Below are positions 30,345 to 39,501 of a stretch of 64,000 nucleotides of DNA, piece after piece; position 1 is the first letter of the stretch, and each line of letters opens with the position of its first letter. The translations under genes and the position numbers were made by a program. The DNA comes from Chloroflexota bacterium. Its GTDB lineage: Bacteria; Chloroflexota; UBA6077; CF-72. The DNA lies in NCBI GenBank assembly GCA_016191465.1, contig JACPOP010000008.1, forward strand, positions 113,129 through 177,128, given 5' to 3'. The notes beneath the pieces were generated by a model. The model saw only the letters and a list, made by a program, of their open reading frames with translations, did not search any database and was not told where the DNA came from.

Positions 30345-30980
30345 CTATTTCTTCTGGGTGGGAGGATCCTCGCGCAGGGTGGCACGCCAAAGGGCTCCAG
30401 CGCCTCGTCGCGCCGCCACGCCCGCGCCGGCCATGAAGATCGAGAGCACCGCGGCCCAGAGCAGGTTCTTCAGCACGTCGGTTCGCTTCCCTTCCTTACC
30501 TTTTGGGATGTCAAGGCGGGCCTCCTTGACCCGCAGGTACTCGTCGCCCTCGCGCTCGACCTTGAGGAGCACGCCCTCTTTTCGAGCTTTCTCCACCCGC
30601 TTGCGAGAGTCTCGCACCCGGGTCTCCACCTCGCCGCGCACGCTCCGCGCCCGCGTGGCAACCTCGTCGCCAAGGTCGCCCACTCGCCGCTTCAGTCTGT
30701 TCTGCGGTTTGCGGCTCTCGCGCCAGCGGTCGATACCCTCGTAGATCGAATAACCCACGGCGGCCACGGCCACCGTGCCTGCCACCGTCAGCAGTCCGGC
30801 GTACTGCTCCGCCTTCTGCGCCACGCTTTCGCCGGCCCGCCCGGTGGAGACACGCGCCTCCGCCCCCGCGATCCCGCGGAACCCTCCGCGCACGCGACTC
30901 TCCAGCTCCGCGATGGCGGAGCTCATGTCGGCGCGGAGCGCGCCTATTTCGCGCTGGGTGTCCGAAGCTGTCGAACCCAT
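30345..30980 (-). CDS. Hypothetical membrane protein (DUF3618-like N-terminus)
   Basis: TQREIGALRADMSSAIAELE helix, two TM segments; overlaps the holin-like gene. Confidence 0.7.
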   Translation of the reverse strand: MGSTASDTQREIGALRADMSSAIAELESRVRGGFRGIAGAEARVSTGRAGESVAQKAEQYAGLLTVAGTVAVAAVGYSIYEGIDRWRESRKPQNRLKRRVGDLGDEVATRARSVRGEVETRVRDSRKRVEKARKEGVLLKVEREGDEYLRVKEARLDIPKGKEGKRTDVLKNLLWAAVLSIFMAGAGVAARRGAGALWRATLREDPPTQKK

Positions 30981-31483
30981 TCGAGGTCCTCCTTCAAGGT
31001 CGTCCGCGTTCGGGCCAGGGGTCTGATGGACTTGCCGCGGCGCACCGTGCGCATGATGGTGCGGTACGAAATCCAGCCCAGCACCGCGACAATGATCAGC
31101 CCGATGAGCCAGCCCAGGCTGGCACCCAGCCAGCCCAGGCCGGCCAGGCCCAGCAGCTTCTCGCCCAGCCAGTTAAAGAACCAGATGACGGCGGTGAACA
31201 GCCAGATCGTCGCCAGAAGGCCCGCGGCGAGCGCCAGGCCCGCGGCAATCGCACCGGTCTTGGCGGTGGCGACCACCTCGCCAAGGTCATCCTTGACTTC
31301 CTGCTTGGCGAGCTCGATCTGCTTGTCGATAAGCTCGGAGCCATCGTTGACGAGACGGCCAATCAGCTCCGCAAGCGTCGCGCTCGCCACGGGACCGTCG
31401 TGGGCTCCATCATCGCCGTTCCGTCCTATCGTGGCGACCGCGCCATTCTGTGGTTCGTGTGCGTGTGTGTCGTTCACTCCCAC
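30944..31483 (-). CDS. Phage-holin-family (DUF1469/YqjE-like) membrane protein
   Basis: LAELIGRLVNDGSELIDKQIELAKQEV, 2 TMs, RTRTTLKED; GGAGGTG RBS. Confidence 0.8.
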   Translation of the reverse strand: MGVNDTHAHEPQNGAVATIGRNGDDGAHDGPVASATLAELIGRLVNDGSELIDKQIELAKQEVKDDLGEVVATAKTGAIAAGLALAAGLLATIWLFTAVIWFFNWLGEKLLGLAGLGWLGASLGWLIGLIIVAVLGWISYRTIMRTVRRGKSIRPLARTRTTLKEDLEWVRQLRTPSAK

Positions 31484-31667
31484 GGGGAGCGCACCTCCGT
31501 TGGCAGGTGTTCGTGAGCAGCAATCAAGCCCGGTGGCACGACAGCCCGCGTACTCGATGCACGCGGTGTGCCAGTTTCACCCCTAAAGGTCCGGCGCGGC
31601 CAGTCCGCTGGGCTGGCCGCCCGACCAGGACTGATACGCCGTTGGAGGTGCCCAACAGGTCGTCGAG

Positions 31668-32465
31668 CTAAGCGGGCTGTGCGACGACGATCAGCCGGTC
31701 CGAGAACTCGCGGCGGATCGGGTCAAAAGTTCCCCCGCAGGTAATCAGGGTCAGCCGCCGATCGGGCGTCTGCTCCATCACCGAGACGTCGTCGGGCGAC
31801 ACCAGACGGATCTCTGTGACCACAAAGCGGCGCTCCGCGCCCCGCGCATCCTCGACGATCACCTCCTCGCCCAGGTCCACCTGGTACAGGAAGCGGAAGA
31901 CGTTGCCTTCGCTGAGTGTCACAACGTGACCGGCGATGACCGCGTTCCCGCGTCCGCCCACGAGGGCCGTGAGGTCGCCGTAGTGCGCGGCGACGAATGG
32001 CAGCGTCTCCCACTCGGGTTGCCCGAGCGCGTTGAGCTTGATACCGGCCTGCTGGACGTCCGTGACGAGTTTGATACTCGGAATGCGCAGCTTCACCGCG
32101 TAGCCGGGGGGTGGAGTGGCCGCGGCCTCGATCCGGTCCGCGCGATCGGCCGGGACGGGCAGCGCGCGGACCGGCAAGTCCGCGGGCGCCGGTTGCACGG
32201 GAACGGACGCCGCGATGACCGAAGACCCGCTGTCCGCGCCGTTCGCTTCATCGATGGAGCGGGCGATCGCCGGCAGTGGTGGAGCCGGCTCGGCCAAAGC
32301 CGCCCGCGCTCCCGGCGCGGCCCGCGCGAGCGCCACAGGCGGTGGCACGCTGATCCGGCTGCCCGGCGCCCAGCCAACCTGCCACAGGGCGGCATAGCCG
32401 AGCAGCAACAGGCCTGCCCCCATGAGCAGCGTGCCGAGCGATCCGCCGGCAGCCATGCGTCGCAT
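31668..32465 (-). CDS. Sortase
   Basis: N-terminal TM; VIAGHV, LTLITC, DRLIV (His-Cys-Arg triad). Confidence 0.9.
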   Translation of the reverse strand: MRRMAAGGSLGTLLMGAGLLLLGYAALWQVGWAPGSRISVPPPVALARAAPGARAALAEPAPPLPAIARSIDEANGADSGSSVIAASVPVQPAPADLPVRALPVPADRADRIEAAATPPPGYAVKLRIPSIKLVTDVQQAGIKLNALGQPEWETLPFVAAHYGDLTALVGGRGNAVIAGHVVTLSEGNVFRFLYQVDLGEEVIVEDARGAERRFVVTEIRLVSPDDVSVMEQTPDRRLTLITCGGTFDPIRREFSDRLIVVAQPA

Positions 32466-32474
32466 CAGGGCAGC

Positions 32475-33056
32475 TTACCCGCTTCCCTCGGCTCCGTTCC
32501 GGCCGCTGCCCGCGGGTGAGCTGCGGTAGCCGGCGCGGTGCGCGAACCGTTCCCGCAGCGCTGCCGCGACGGGCTCTGGAACGGTGCCGTCCATAATCAA
32601 CCCGTCGAAGCGAGCCGCATCCCGGACGAAGGTGCTCGAGAGATACACATGCTCCGCTCGTGCTACGAGCAGCACCGTCGGAATGGATGGCGCCAGCTTC
32701 GCGTTCATCAGGCTCAGGGCGATCTCATAGTCCGCGTCCGTCACGGGCCGCATGGCCCTGACCAGCGCGCAGGCGCCAATCTTCTCCGCGTAGGGGGCCA
32801 CCAGGCCATCGTACGCTTCGACACGCACGGAGCCCTTGAGGCGGTCGGGAATGGACGAATCGAGCAATGCAACCCGCTCCTCCGTCGTGAACATGGACGA
32901 CGACTTCGCGGCATTGACTGCCACCACCACGACGAGCCGGTCGAACAGACCCAGGGCCCGCTCGATCAGCTCGAGGTGCGCAAGCGTGGGGGGATCGAAC
33001 ACGCCCGCGTAGACGGCGGTGCGCGAGTCCCTTGCCTTCGGAGCGGTATCGGTCAT
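32475..33056 (-). CDS. coaD: Phosphopantetheine adenylyltransferase
   Basis: AVYAGVFDPPTLAH, LVRAMR, YLSST. Confidence 0.9.
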   Translation of the reverse strand: MTDTAPKARDSRTAVYAGVFDPPTLAHLELIERALGLFDRLVVVVAVNAAKSSSMFTTEERVALLDSSIPDRLKGSVRVEAYDGLVAPYAEKIGACALVRAMRPVTDADYEIALSLMNAKLAPSIPTVLLVARAEHVYLSSTFVRDAARFDGLIMDGTVPEPVAAALRERFAHRAGYRSSPAGSGRNGAEGSG

Positions 33057-33206
33057 GGGCGAGACGGGTGTCCTCCAGGCGCCACCTGCGGGAAGGGCGG
33101 GAGCGTAAGCCCCAGTACCCTTGCCCCGCGATGCACGTTTTACCGAACTCTTACGCGAGTAACAGCAGCCGTTGTCTCAACTCACCCCTATATTGAGGCG
33201 CAGATC

Positions 33207-34160
33207 ATGATTCGCGTCGAGCATTTGACCAAACATTACGGCCCCCGAGTAGCCGTTGCCGATGTCACCTTCCACGTTGAGAAGGGCGAGATCCTCGGCT
33301 TCCTCGGCCCGAATGGGGCCGGCAAGACCACCACCATGCGCATGCTGACCGGCTACTTGCCGCCCACGAGCGGACGCGCCGAGGTCAATGGGTTCGACGT
33401 GGTGCACCAATCACTGAAAGCGCGCGGCAGCATCGGCTACCTCCCGGAAGCGGTGCCCATGCACCCGGAGATGTCCGTGCGTTCGTACCTCGACTACCTG
33501 GGCAAGCTCACGGGTGTGCGGAATCGTCGTGCCGCCGTGAACCTGGCGATGGAGAAAGCTCGGATCGAGCATCGAGCCAAGGACCAGATCGGCAAACTGT
33601 CCAAGGGCCTGCGGCAGCGCGTCGGGATTGCCCAGGCGCTCCTCGGGGACCCGCCGGTGCTCATCATGGACGAGCCCACCAGCGGCCTCGATCCGAAGCA
33701 GATCATTGACACGCGAAACCTGATCAAATCCCTTCAAAGCGACCACACGGTGGTGTTGAGCACCCATATCCTCCCCGAGGTGGCCGCAACCTGTTCGCGC
33801 GTGGTCATCATCGCCAACGGGCGCGTGGTGGCCGAGGACACGCCAGAGAACCTGGACCGCCGCCTGAAGGGAGCCGAGAGCCTGCTGGTCGCCGTCCGCG
33901 GCAAGCCGGAGAACGTCGTCGCTGCTCTCCGCCGCGTGCCGAAGGTCCTGAAAGTTGAGCCGTCCGGCGAGCGCACCCGCGGGCAGACGGCGGACGTGCA
34001 CGCCTTCAGCGTGGAATGCGCGGTGCATGCCGATGTGCGGGAATCGATAGCGCAGGCGGTCGTCCAGGGGGGCTGGGGCCTGCTGGAGATGCGGCAAGCA
34101 CAAATGAACCTCGAAGAAATCTTCCTCCAGCTCACGCGAGAGGGGGGCAGCCCGTCGTGA
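33207..34160 (+). CDS. ABC transporter ATP-binding protein (GldA-like)
   Basis: GPNGAGKTT, LSKGLRQR, DEPTSGLD; true start ATG 33207. Confidence 0.92.
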   Translation: MIRVEHLTKHYGPRVAVADVTFHVEKGEILGFLGPNGAGKTTTMRMLTGYLPPTSGRAEVNGFDVVHQSLKARGSIGYLPEAVPMHPEMSVRSYLDYLGKLTGVRNRRAAVNLAMEKARIEHRAKDQIGKLSKGLRQRVGIAQALLGDPPVLIMDEPTSGLDPKQIIDTRNLIKSLQSDHTVVLSTHILPEVAATCSRVVIIANGRVVAEDTPENLDRRLKGAESLLVAVRGKPENVVAALRRVPKVLKVEPSGERTRGQTADVHAFSVECAVHADVRESIAQAVVQGGWGLLEMRQAQMNLEEIFLQLTREGGSPS

Positions 34161-34867
34161 AAAACGCGTATGTCGTTGCCGAGCGGGAACTGAAGAGCTT
34201 CTTCATCTCCCCACTCGCATACGTCGTGATCGCCCTGTTCCTGGCCATGTCAGGATTGCTCTTCGGTCTCATCGTCCAGCAATCGCGCGAGGCCAGCCTT
34301 CGGGGCCTGTTCTCGAACGTCAGCGTGCTGTTCCTCTTCATCGTGCCAGCCATCACGATGCGCCTGCTCGCCGAGGAGCAGCGCTCGGGCACCATTGAAG
34401 TCCTGCTGACCCACCCGGTCCAGGAATGGGAGATCGTCCTCGGCAAATATCTGGCGAGTCTCGGGCTGCTGCTCGCCATCCTGGTCCTGACACTCGTGTT
34501 CCCAGCGTTCCTGTATGCCTGGGGCAACCCGGACACGGGCCCAATCGTCTCGGGCTACGTTGGGGTGTTCCTCCAGGCGGCCGCGTTCATGGCGGTCGGC
34601 CTGTGGGCCAGCAGCATGACCCAGAACCAAATCATCGCGGCGGTTGTCACCTTCGGGTTGCTGCTCATCCTGTGGCTCAGCGACAGCCTGGGCCAGGTCG
34701 TCGGCGGAACCGTGGGCGCGATTCTCAGCTACCTCTCGGTCCTCAACCACTTCAGCGACTTCCCGCGGGGAGTCATCAACCTCAAGGACGTGGTCTTCTA
34801 CCTGTCCATCGTGGCTGGCGGCCTCGTCCTCAGCACGCTGATGATCCAGGCTCGGAGGCTTCGCTAG
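34157..34867 (+). CDS. ABC-2 permease (GldF-like)
   Basis: RELKSFFISPLAY, AEEQRSGTIEVLLT, 6 TMs; GTGA overlap. Confidence 0.9.
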   Translation: MKNAYVVAERELKSFFISPLAYVVIALFLAMSGLLFGLIVQQSREASLRGLFSNVSVLFLFIVPAITMRLLAEEQRSGTIEVLLTHPVQEWEIVLGKYLASLGLLLAILVLTLVFPAFLYAWGNPDTGPIVSGYVGVFLQAAAFMAVGLWASSMTQNQIIAAVVTFGLLLILWLSDSLGQVVGGTVGAILSYLSVLNHFSDFPRGVINLKDVVFYLSIVAGGLVLSTLMIQARRLR

Positions 34868-34875
34868 ACCGAATC

Positions 34876-36459
34876 ATGGCACTCAACACCACTTCTACGA
34901 AGCAGGGCGGGTTCTCGCTCGGGGCGCTCCGCGCTCCGGTTGCCGCCCTCGGCGTACTGCTCATCCTCGCGGGCCTTGGCTGGTGGCTCGTCAACGGCGC
35001 TTTCGACCTGCCGCCGCGCCTCCTCGTCGCTGGCGGCATCCTGCTGGTTGGCGTCGTCATTGCCCTCGAGCCGGGGGACGTGTGGAGCGCGGTGACAGGT
35101 CGAAGCGGCCTCTACACCTCCAACACGCTCGTGATCGCCATTGCCGCGGTGGGCATCCTCGGACTCGCCAACGTCATCGGCTCGCGCTACTCGCCGCGGT
35201 GGGATCTGACGGCTTCCAAGCAGTTCACGATCTCCGATCAGAGCGTCAGAGTCGCGGAGTCGCTGCCTGGGCCGGTGAAGGTGACCGCGTTTTTGAGCGG
35301 CTCGGATTCGCGCCGCGCCGACTTTGAAGCCCTGTTGGGCGAATATGCCCGGCGCGCCAACGGCAAGCTGACCTGGGAGTTCATCGATCCCGAGCTCCGC
35401 CCGGGCGAAGCCATCGCCGCGGGCATCCGCAACGTGGGCGACGTCGTCTACCAGCTCGGCGACAAGAAGCAGAACAGCAGCGCCACGCAGGAGCGCGACG
35501 TCACCACGGCGCTCATCAAGCTGACGCGGCCCGAGAAGAAGCTGTACTTCACCACCGGCCACGGCGAACGGAAGATCAGTGGCCAGGATCCCCCTGATTA
35601 CGGGCAGCTCCAGCTCGCGCTCCAGCGGGACAACTTCACCACGGCCGATCTGAGCCTGGCCACCACGCGCGCCGTGCCGGATGACGCGGCGGCGGTGGTC
35701 ATCGCTGGCCCCACCGGGCCATTCCAGCCGGACGAGCTGGATGCGCTGAGGGTGTACCTGGATGGCGGCGGCAAGCTGATGCTGTTCCAGGACCCCAACA
35801 CGCAGGCAAACTTCACGGACCTGCTGCGGAAGTGGGAGGTGAGCTTCCCCAACCAGTTCGTCGTTGACCCAGGCTTGAACGCGGGCGATCCACTTGTGCC
35901 AGCAGTCGTCAGTTACGGCACCAGCCCGATCACCCAGGGCCTGAGAACTGGGGCGTTCTTCCCAGGCGCCGGCGCCATTACCTACGCCCGCGAGAACACC
36001 GCGGTCACACCCATTGCGCAGACCACGGACCGGAGCTGGATCGAGACCGACACGCAGTCGGTGACGGTGCAACGGCGGCCGGTGTTACAGGACAACGACG
36101 TCAAGGGACCCGTGGCGCTGGCAGTGGCGATCGAGCAAGCCGTCCCGGGCTCGGGTGCCAGCTCGACGACCACCGGTTCGGCGCGTCAGACGCGGCTCTT
36201 CCTAGTTGGGACGGCGAACTTCGTCGCCAACCAATTCCAGCAGGTGCAGTTCTCGTCGGACAATGTGGACCTGTTCATCAATGCCGCGAATTGGATGGCG
36301 GACCAGACGGACATCTCGGGCATTCGCCCCACGGCCACGGATACGCGCAACATGTTCATGACCAACACGCAGCAGAACCTGCTGCTGTACGGCAGCGCGC
36401 TGTTCCTGCCACTGGTGGTGGTCGTCGCTGGCGTCGCCATGTGGTGGACGCGCCGATGA
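34876..36459 (+). CDS. GldG family ABC auxiliary membrane protein
   Basis: WDLTASKQFTIS, YFTTGHGE, NAANWM, C-terminal TM + WWTRR. Confidence 0.88.
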   Translation: MALNTTSTKQGGFSLGALRAPVAALGVLLILAGLGWWLVNGAFDLPPRLLVAGGILLVGVVIALEPGDVWSAVTGRSGLYTSNTLVIAIAAVGILGLANVIGSRYSPRWDLTASKQFTISDQSVRVAESLPGPVKVTAFLSGSDSRRADFEALLGEYARRANGKLTWEFIDPELRPGEAIAAGIRNVGDVVYQLGDKKQNSSATQERDVTTALIKLTRPEKKLYFTTGHGERKISGQDPPDYGQLQLALQRDNFTTADLSLATTRAVPDDAAAVVIAGPTGPFQPDELDALRVYLDGGGKLMLFQDPNTQANFTDLLRKWEVSFPNQFVVDPGLNAGDPLVPAVVSYGTSPITQGLRTGAFFPGAGAITYARENTAVTPIAQTTDRSWIETDTQSVTVQRRPVLQDNDVKGPVALAVAIEQAVPGSGASSTTTGSARQTRLFLVGTANFVANQFQQVQFSSDNVDLFINAANWMADQTDISGIRPTATDTRNMFMTNTQQNLLLYGSALFLPLVVVVAGVAMWWTRR

Positions 36460-37070
36460 ACGCCCGCGCGGCGCTCGCGTTCGTCGTGGTCCTGGCCGTC
36501 CTGTTCGGCGTTGTGCTGGGCCTGGACCAGTTCAAGGTAGGCCAGGCCACCCCCACGCCCACGGCCAACCAGGACGAGTCGGTGGCGCTCTTCCAGTTCG
36601 ATGACCGCAAGGCCACGACCGTGACGGTCCGTTCGGCGGACAAGACCTCGAGCTTCGAGAAAAGCGGTGACACGTGGAAGATCACCGGCAGCGAGGATCC
36701 CGCCAACGCCCTCTCCGTGTCGAGCCTGCTCATTCGGATGAGCCAGATGAAGGGCACGCGGAAGATCGACGCGCCTGACCTGACGCAGTTTGGGCTCGCC
36801 GAGCCGAAGGGCGAAGTGACGGTCGTGCTGGATGATGGCAGCACGAATCGGCTCCTGCTCGGGGATAAGACCCCCGTGAGCACGGGGTACTACGCCAAGA
36901 ACGCGGATGCACCCGGTGTAACGGTGATCCCAACGCAGTTTGGAGCCGACGTGGAGCGGCTGGCGAACGACCCGAAGGAGCCCGCCACGCCAACGCCGAG
37001 ACCGACGCCGACCGAGTCGCTACCGGCGAGCGGGACGCCTGGGCCCGCTGCCGGCACGCCCACACCGTAA
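36456..37070 (+). CDS. DUF4340-domain protein
   Basis: N-terminal TM, FGLAEP...LLGDKTP..GYY; usual fourth gene of GldAFG-like operons. Confidence 0.8.
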   Translation: MNARAALAFVVVLAVLFGVVLGLDQFKVGQATPTPTANQDESVALFQFDDRKATTVTVRSADKTSSFEKSGDTWKITGSEDPANALSVSSLLIRMSQMKGTRKIDAPDLTQFGLAEPKGEVTVVLDDGSTNRLLLGDKTPVSTGYYAKNADAPGVTVIPTQFGADVERLANDPKEPATPTPRPTPTESLPASGTPGPAAGTPTP

Positions 37071-37319
37071 ACGCCGAGTCGCACCCTCGTGGGCGGCAGG
37101 GGCACGATTCTGTGACCCATGGTCCTGCGTCTGCCGTGGCCTCTGGTGGCATGCCAGGTGCAACGCGGCCAGCGCCGCCACGTGTGGGTAGCACAACCGC
37201 GTCTCACCCGCCGTCACACTCGGAAGAGATCCGTGGTTTCCTCTACAATGCACGTGCGGGTTGCCAACGGGGGCAGCTCGCTGCCGGCGGCAGATCACTC
37301 ACAACGACGTGAGGGAGCA

Positions 37320-37733
37320 ATGCAGCAAACATTTACGGCTCTGGATGAACAGGGTGTGGCCTATGCGGCTGAGCTTGACCCGGCTCTGCTGGCATTCGTC
37401 AAGTGCCACGTGACCTCGGTGGTCGCGTGGGTAGCCCTCCGCTATGTAGCTGAGCGCGAAGGGCGCTGGGTCGGCGCCGAGGACGTTGCGCGGGTGGCTC
37501 AACGGCCCAGAGTTGAAGTGGACCGCGTCATGCACGCGCTCTCGCAAGATGGCGTGGTGGACGAGATCCACGACGGCAACGCCGAGGACGCCAGGTACCG
37601 GCTACCACACGACGAGCCGACCACCATCGTCCTTCAGCGGCTTGTCCAGGCGACGATGCGGAGCCCCGCGTTGCGCTCCGTGATCGCTGCCAGCGTCGCA
37701 CGAGGCGGGCGGGTGCTCAAGCCCGTTGCCTGA
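37320..37733 (+). CDS. Hypothetical winged-helix protein
   Basis: GAGGGAG RBS; AEDVARVAQRPRVEVDRVMHALSQDGVV HTH-like segment; TACAAT upstream. Confidence 0.65.
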   Translation: MQQTFTALDEQGVAYAAELDPALLAFVKCHVTSVVAWVALRYVAEREGRWVGAEDVARVAQRPRVEVDRVMHALSQDGVVDEIHDGNAEDARYRLPHDEPTTIVLQRLVQATMRSPALRSVIAASVARGGRVLKPVA

Positions 37734-37794
37734 GGGTCGGTACCGGGGACTCCTTCGCTCGATCTGAACGTCTCTGCGCTGGCACCAGGCGCCC

Positions 37795-38829
37795 TCAATC
37801 GACCGCGGCGCCGATCTCCAGCACCGATCGTTGGGCGCCTGGAACCGGGCGCTCAAGCGCCGCGTTGGCGAGGGCGATCTGTGCGTTCCTCTGCAGCCGC
37901 GGGCGCTTCGTGCGGCGCACCGGTGAATCGCGGAACTGCTCGCGGAAGGTGTCGTCGTCCAGGCCGAGCAGGTCCGATAGCAGCGGACGGGTGCCGACCT
38001 CGGGGCGCGGCTCGAACTCCGGCCAGCCCCGAGGCCGGCCGCGGGTCGAGCGGTTGTAGGGGCACACGTCCTGGCACACGTCGCAGCCGAAGATCCAGTC
38101 GCCCATGCGCGGCTGGAGCGTGTCATCGATGGGCCCTTTGTGCTCGATCGTCAGGTACGCGATGCACCGTTCGGCGGCGAGGTGGTACGGCGTCGCCAGC
38201 GCGTCTGTGGGACACGCCTCCACGCACAGACGACAGGTGCCGCAGTCCTTCGCCACCGGCTGGTCGAATTGCAGGTCCACGTCGGCAAGGAGCGCCCCGA
38301 GAAAGACGAAGGAGCCGATGGGCGTGAGGAGGTTAGTGTTCTTGCCGCGGAAGCCCAGTCCAGCCCGTACGGCTGCATCGCGCTCCACCAGCGGGCCGCT
38401 GTCGACGAAGACCCGCGTATGGGCCTCACGCCCTTCGGCGGCCCCGGCGGCACGCAGAAACGCGGCAAGCTCGACGAGCCGCGCCTTCATGGCCTCGTGG
38501 TAATCCACGCCCCACGCGTAGCGGGCAATGCGCCCACGGGGCAGTGCTCCGGAGGACGGGATCGTGGTGTCGGGCTCCACGGTGCGGTAGGAGGCGCCGA
38601 CCACGACGAGCGCCCGCGCGCCGGGCAGGAGCTCGTCGGGCCGGCACGAGAGCCGTGCTCGCGCCTCGGTCATCCAGGCCATTTCCGCCTGGTGCCCTTC
38701 GCGGAGCCACCGCACCAACTGCTGCTCCGCCTCCTTAAACGGCTCGGGGCTGGTCACGCCCACCAGATGGAAGCCAAGCCGCGTGGCCTCTGCCTTGAAG
38801 TCGCGCGTTCGAGTTGCGAGATCGGTCAC
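37795..38829 (-). CDS. queG: tRNA epoxyqueuosine(34) reductase
   Basis: ARYAWGVDYH, VDSGPLVER, CGTCRLCVEACP, FGCDVCQDVCPYN. Confidence 0.95.
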   Translation of the reverse strand: MTDLATRTRDFKAEATRLGFHLVGVTSPEPFKEAEQQLVRWLREGHQAEMAWMTEARARLSCRPDELLPGARALVVVGASYRTVEPDTTIPSSGALPRGRIARYAWGVDYHEAMKARLVELAAFLRAAGAAEGREAHTRVFVDSGPLVERDAAVRAGLGFRGKNTNLLTPIGSFVFLGALLADVDLQFDQPVAKDCGTCRLCVEACPTDALATPYHLAAERCIAYLTIEHKGPIDDTLQPRMGDWIFGCDVCQDVCPYNRSTRGRPRGWPEFEPRPEVGTRPLLSDLLGLDDDTFREQFRDSPVRRTKRPRLQRNAQIALANAALERPVPGAQRSVLEIGAAVD

Positions 38830-39501
38830 GGCCGCGGGTCGATCACGGCCCGTCAGTGCGCTGGGTTGCGGAATGACTCGTCCATGTCGCGACTCGGTGG
38901 ACGAGCTCAGGTGGTCGACTTCCAGATGACGTCACGCTGGTCTGGGAAAGGTCTCATGCGGGCTGCGTTATTACGACTCTCAGGGTCCTGGTCCACCTGG
39001 GGCAGACGAAGGCGGCTTTCCTCAGGAACACTCTACCGGTGTCCATAGCAGGTGTGCGGTGCCAGTCCACCCGCGCCATACACGTACTTCCGCCCGCTGT
39101 CCTGGTACAGCACCCCATCGGGTCCGTACAGGCTGGTGCTGGTCATGCCACCCACGGTGCTGTTCGCGCGAATGCCGCCGCTACGACTGCCGGAACGAGC
39201 GGTCAAGGTGCCGGGCCTGTCCGAACGCGGTCCGTAGTGCCGAGTCAGGGCGCTAGGACCGCTCGGGTCTCGCCGCCGCAGGAACCGCGAGCAGCCCACG
39301 CACTTGCGCCGGCCCCAGGGTGCCACCGCATCGCTGCCACCGGTCCGAATCCAACACCCGCTACGTCTCGGTCGGGAGTCTTTCCACCGAGAAGCTGCCG
39401 GCCCTGGCCGAAGCGCTCCGAGTGGTCCTGGCCCTCCCGCGCTTCGAGGGATCCCTCTGAGCCCCCGCACGCCGTCTGGGATTAAGAATGTTTGCCGCGC
39501 G

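Noticed and set aside
30944-31483. Holin as evidence for a prophage
   Set aside because: The DUF1469-type family is chromosomal; no phage structural, lysin or integrase genes are present.
32538-36459. Extended ORF-track starts (32538, 34016, 34426; also 20898, 29433, 57814)
   Set aside because: They overlap neighbouring real genes; family N-termini and RBS or coupling point to shorter starts.
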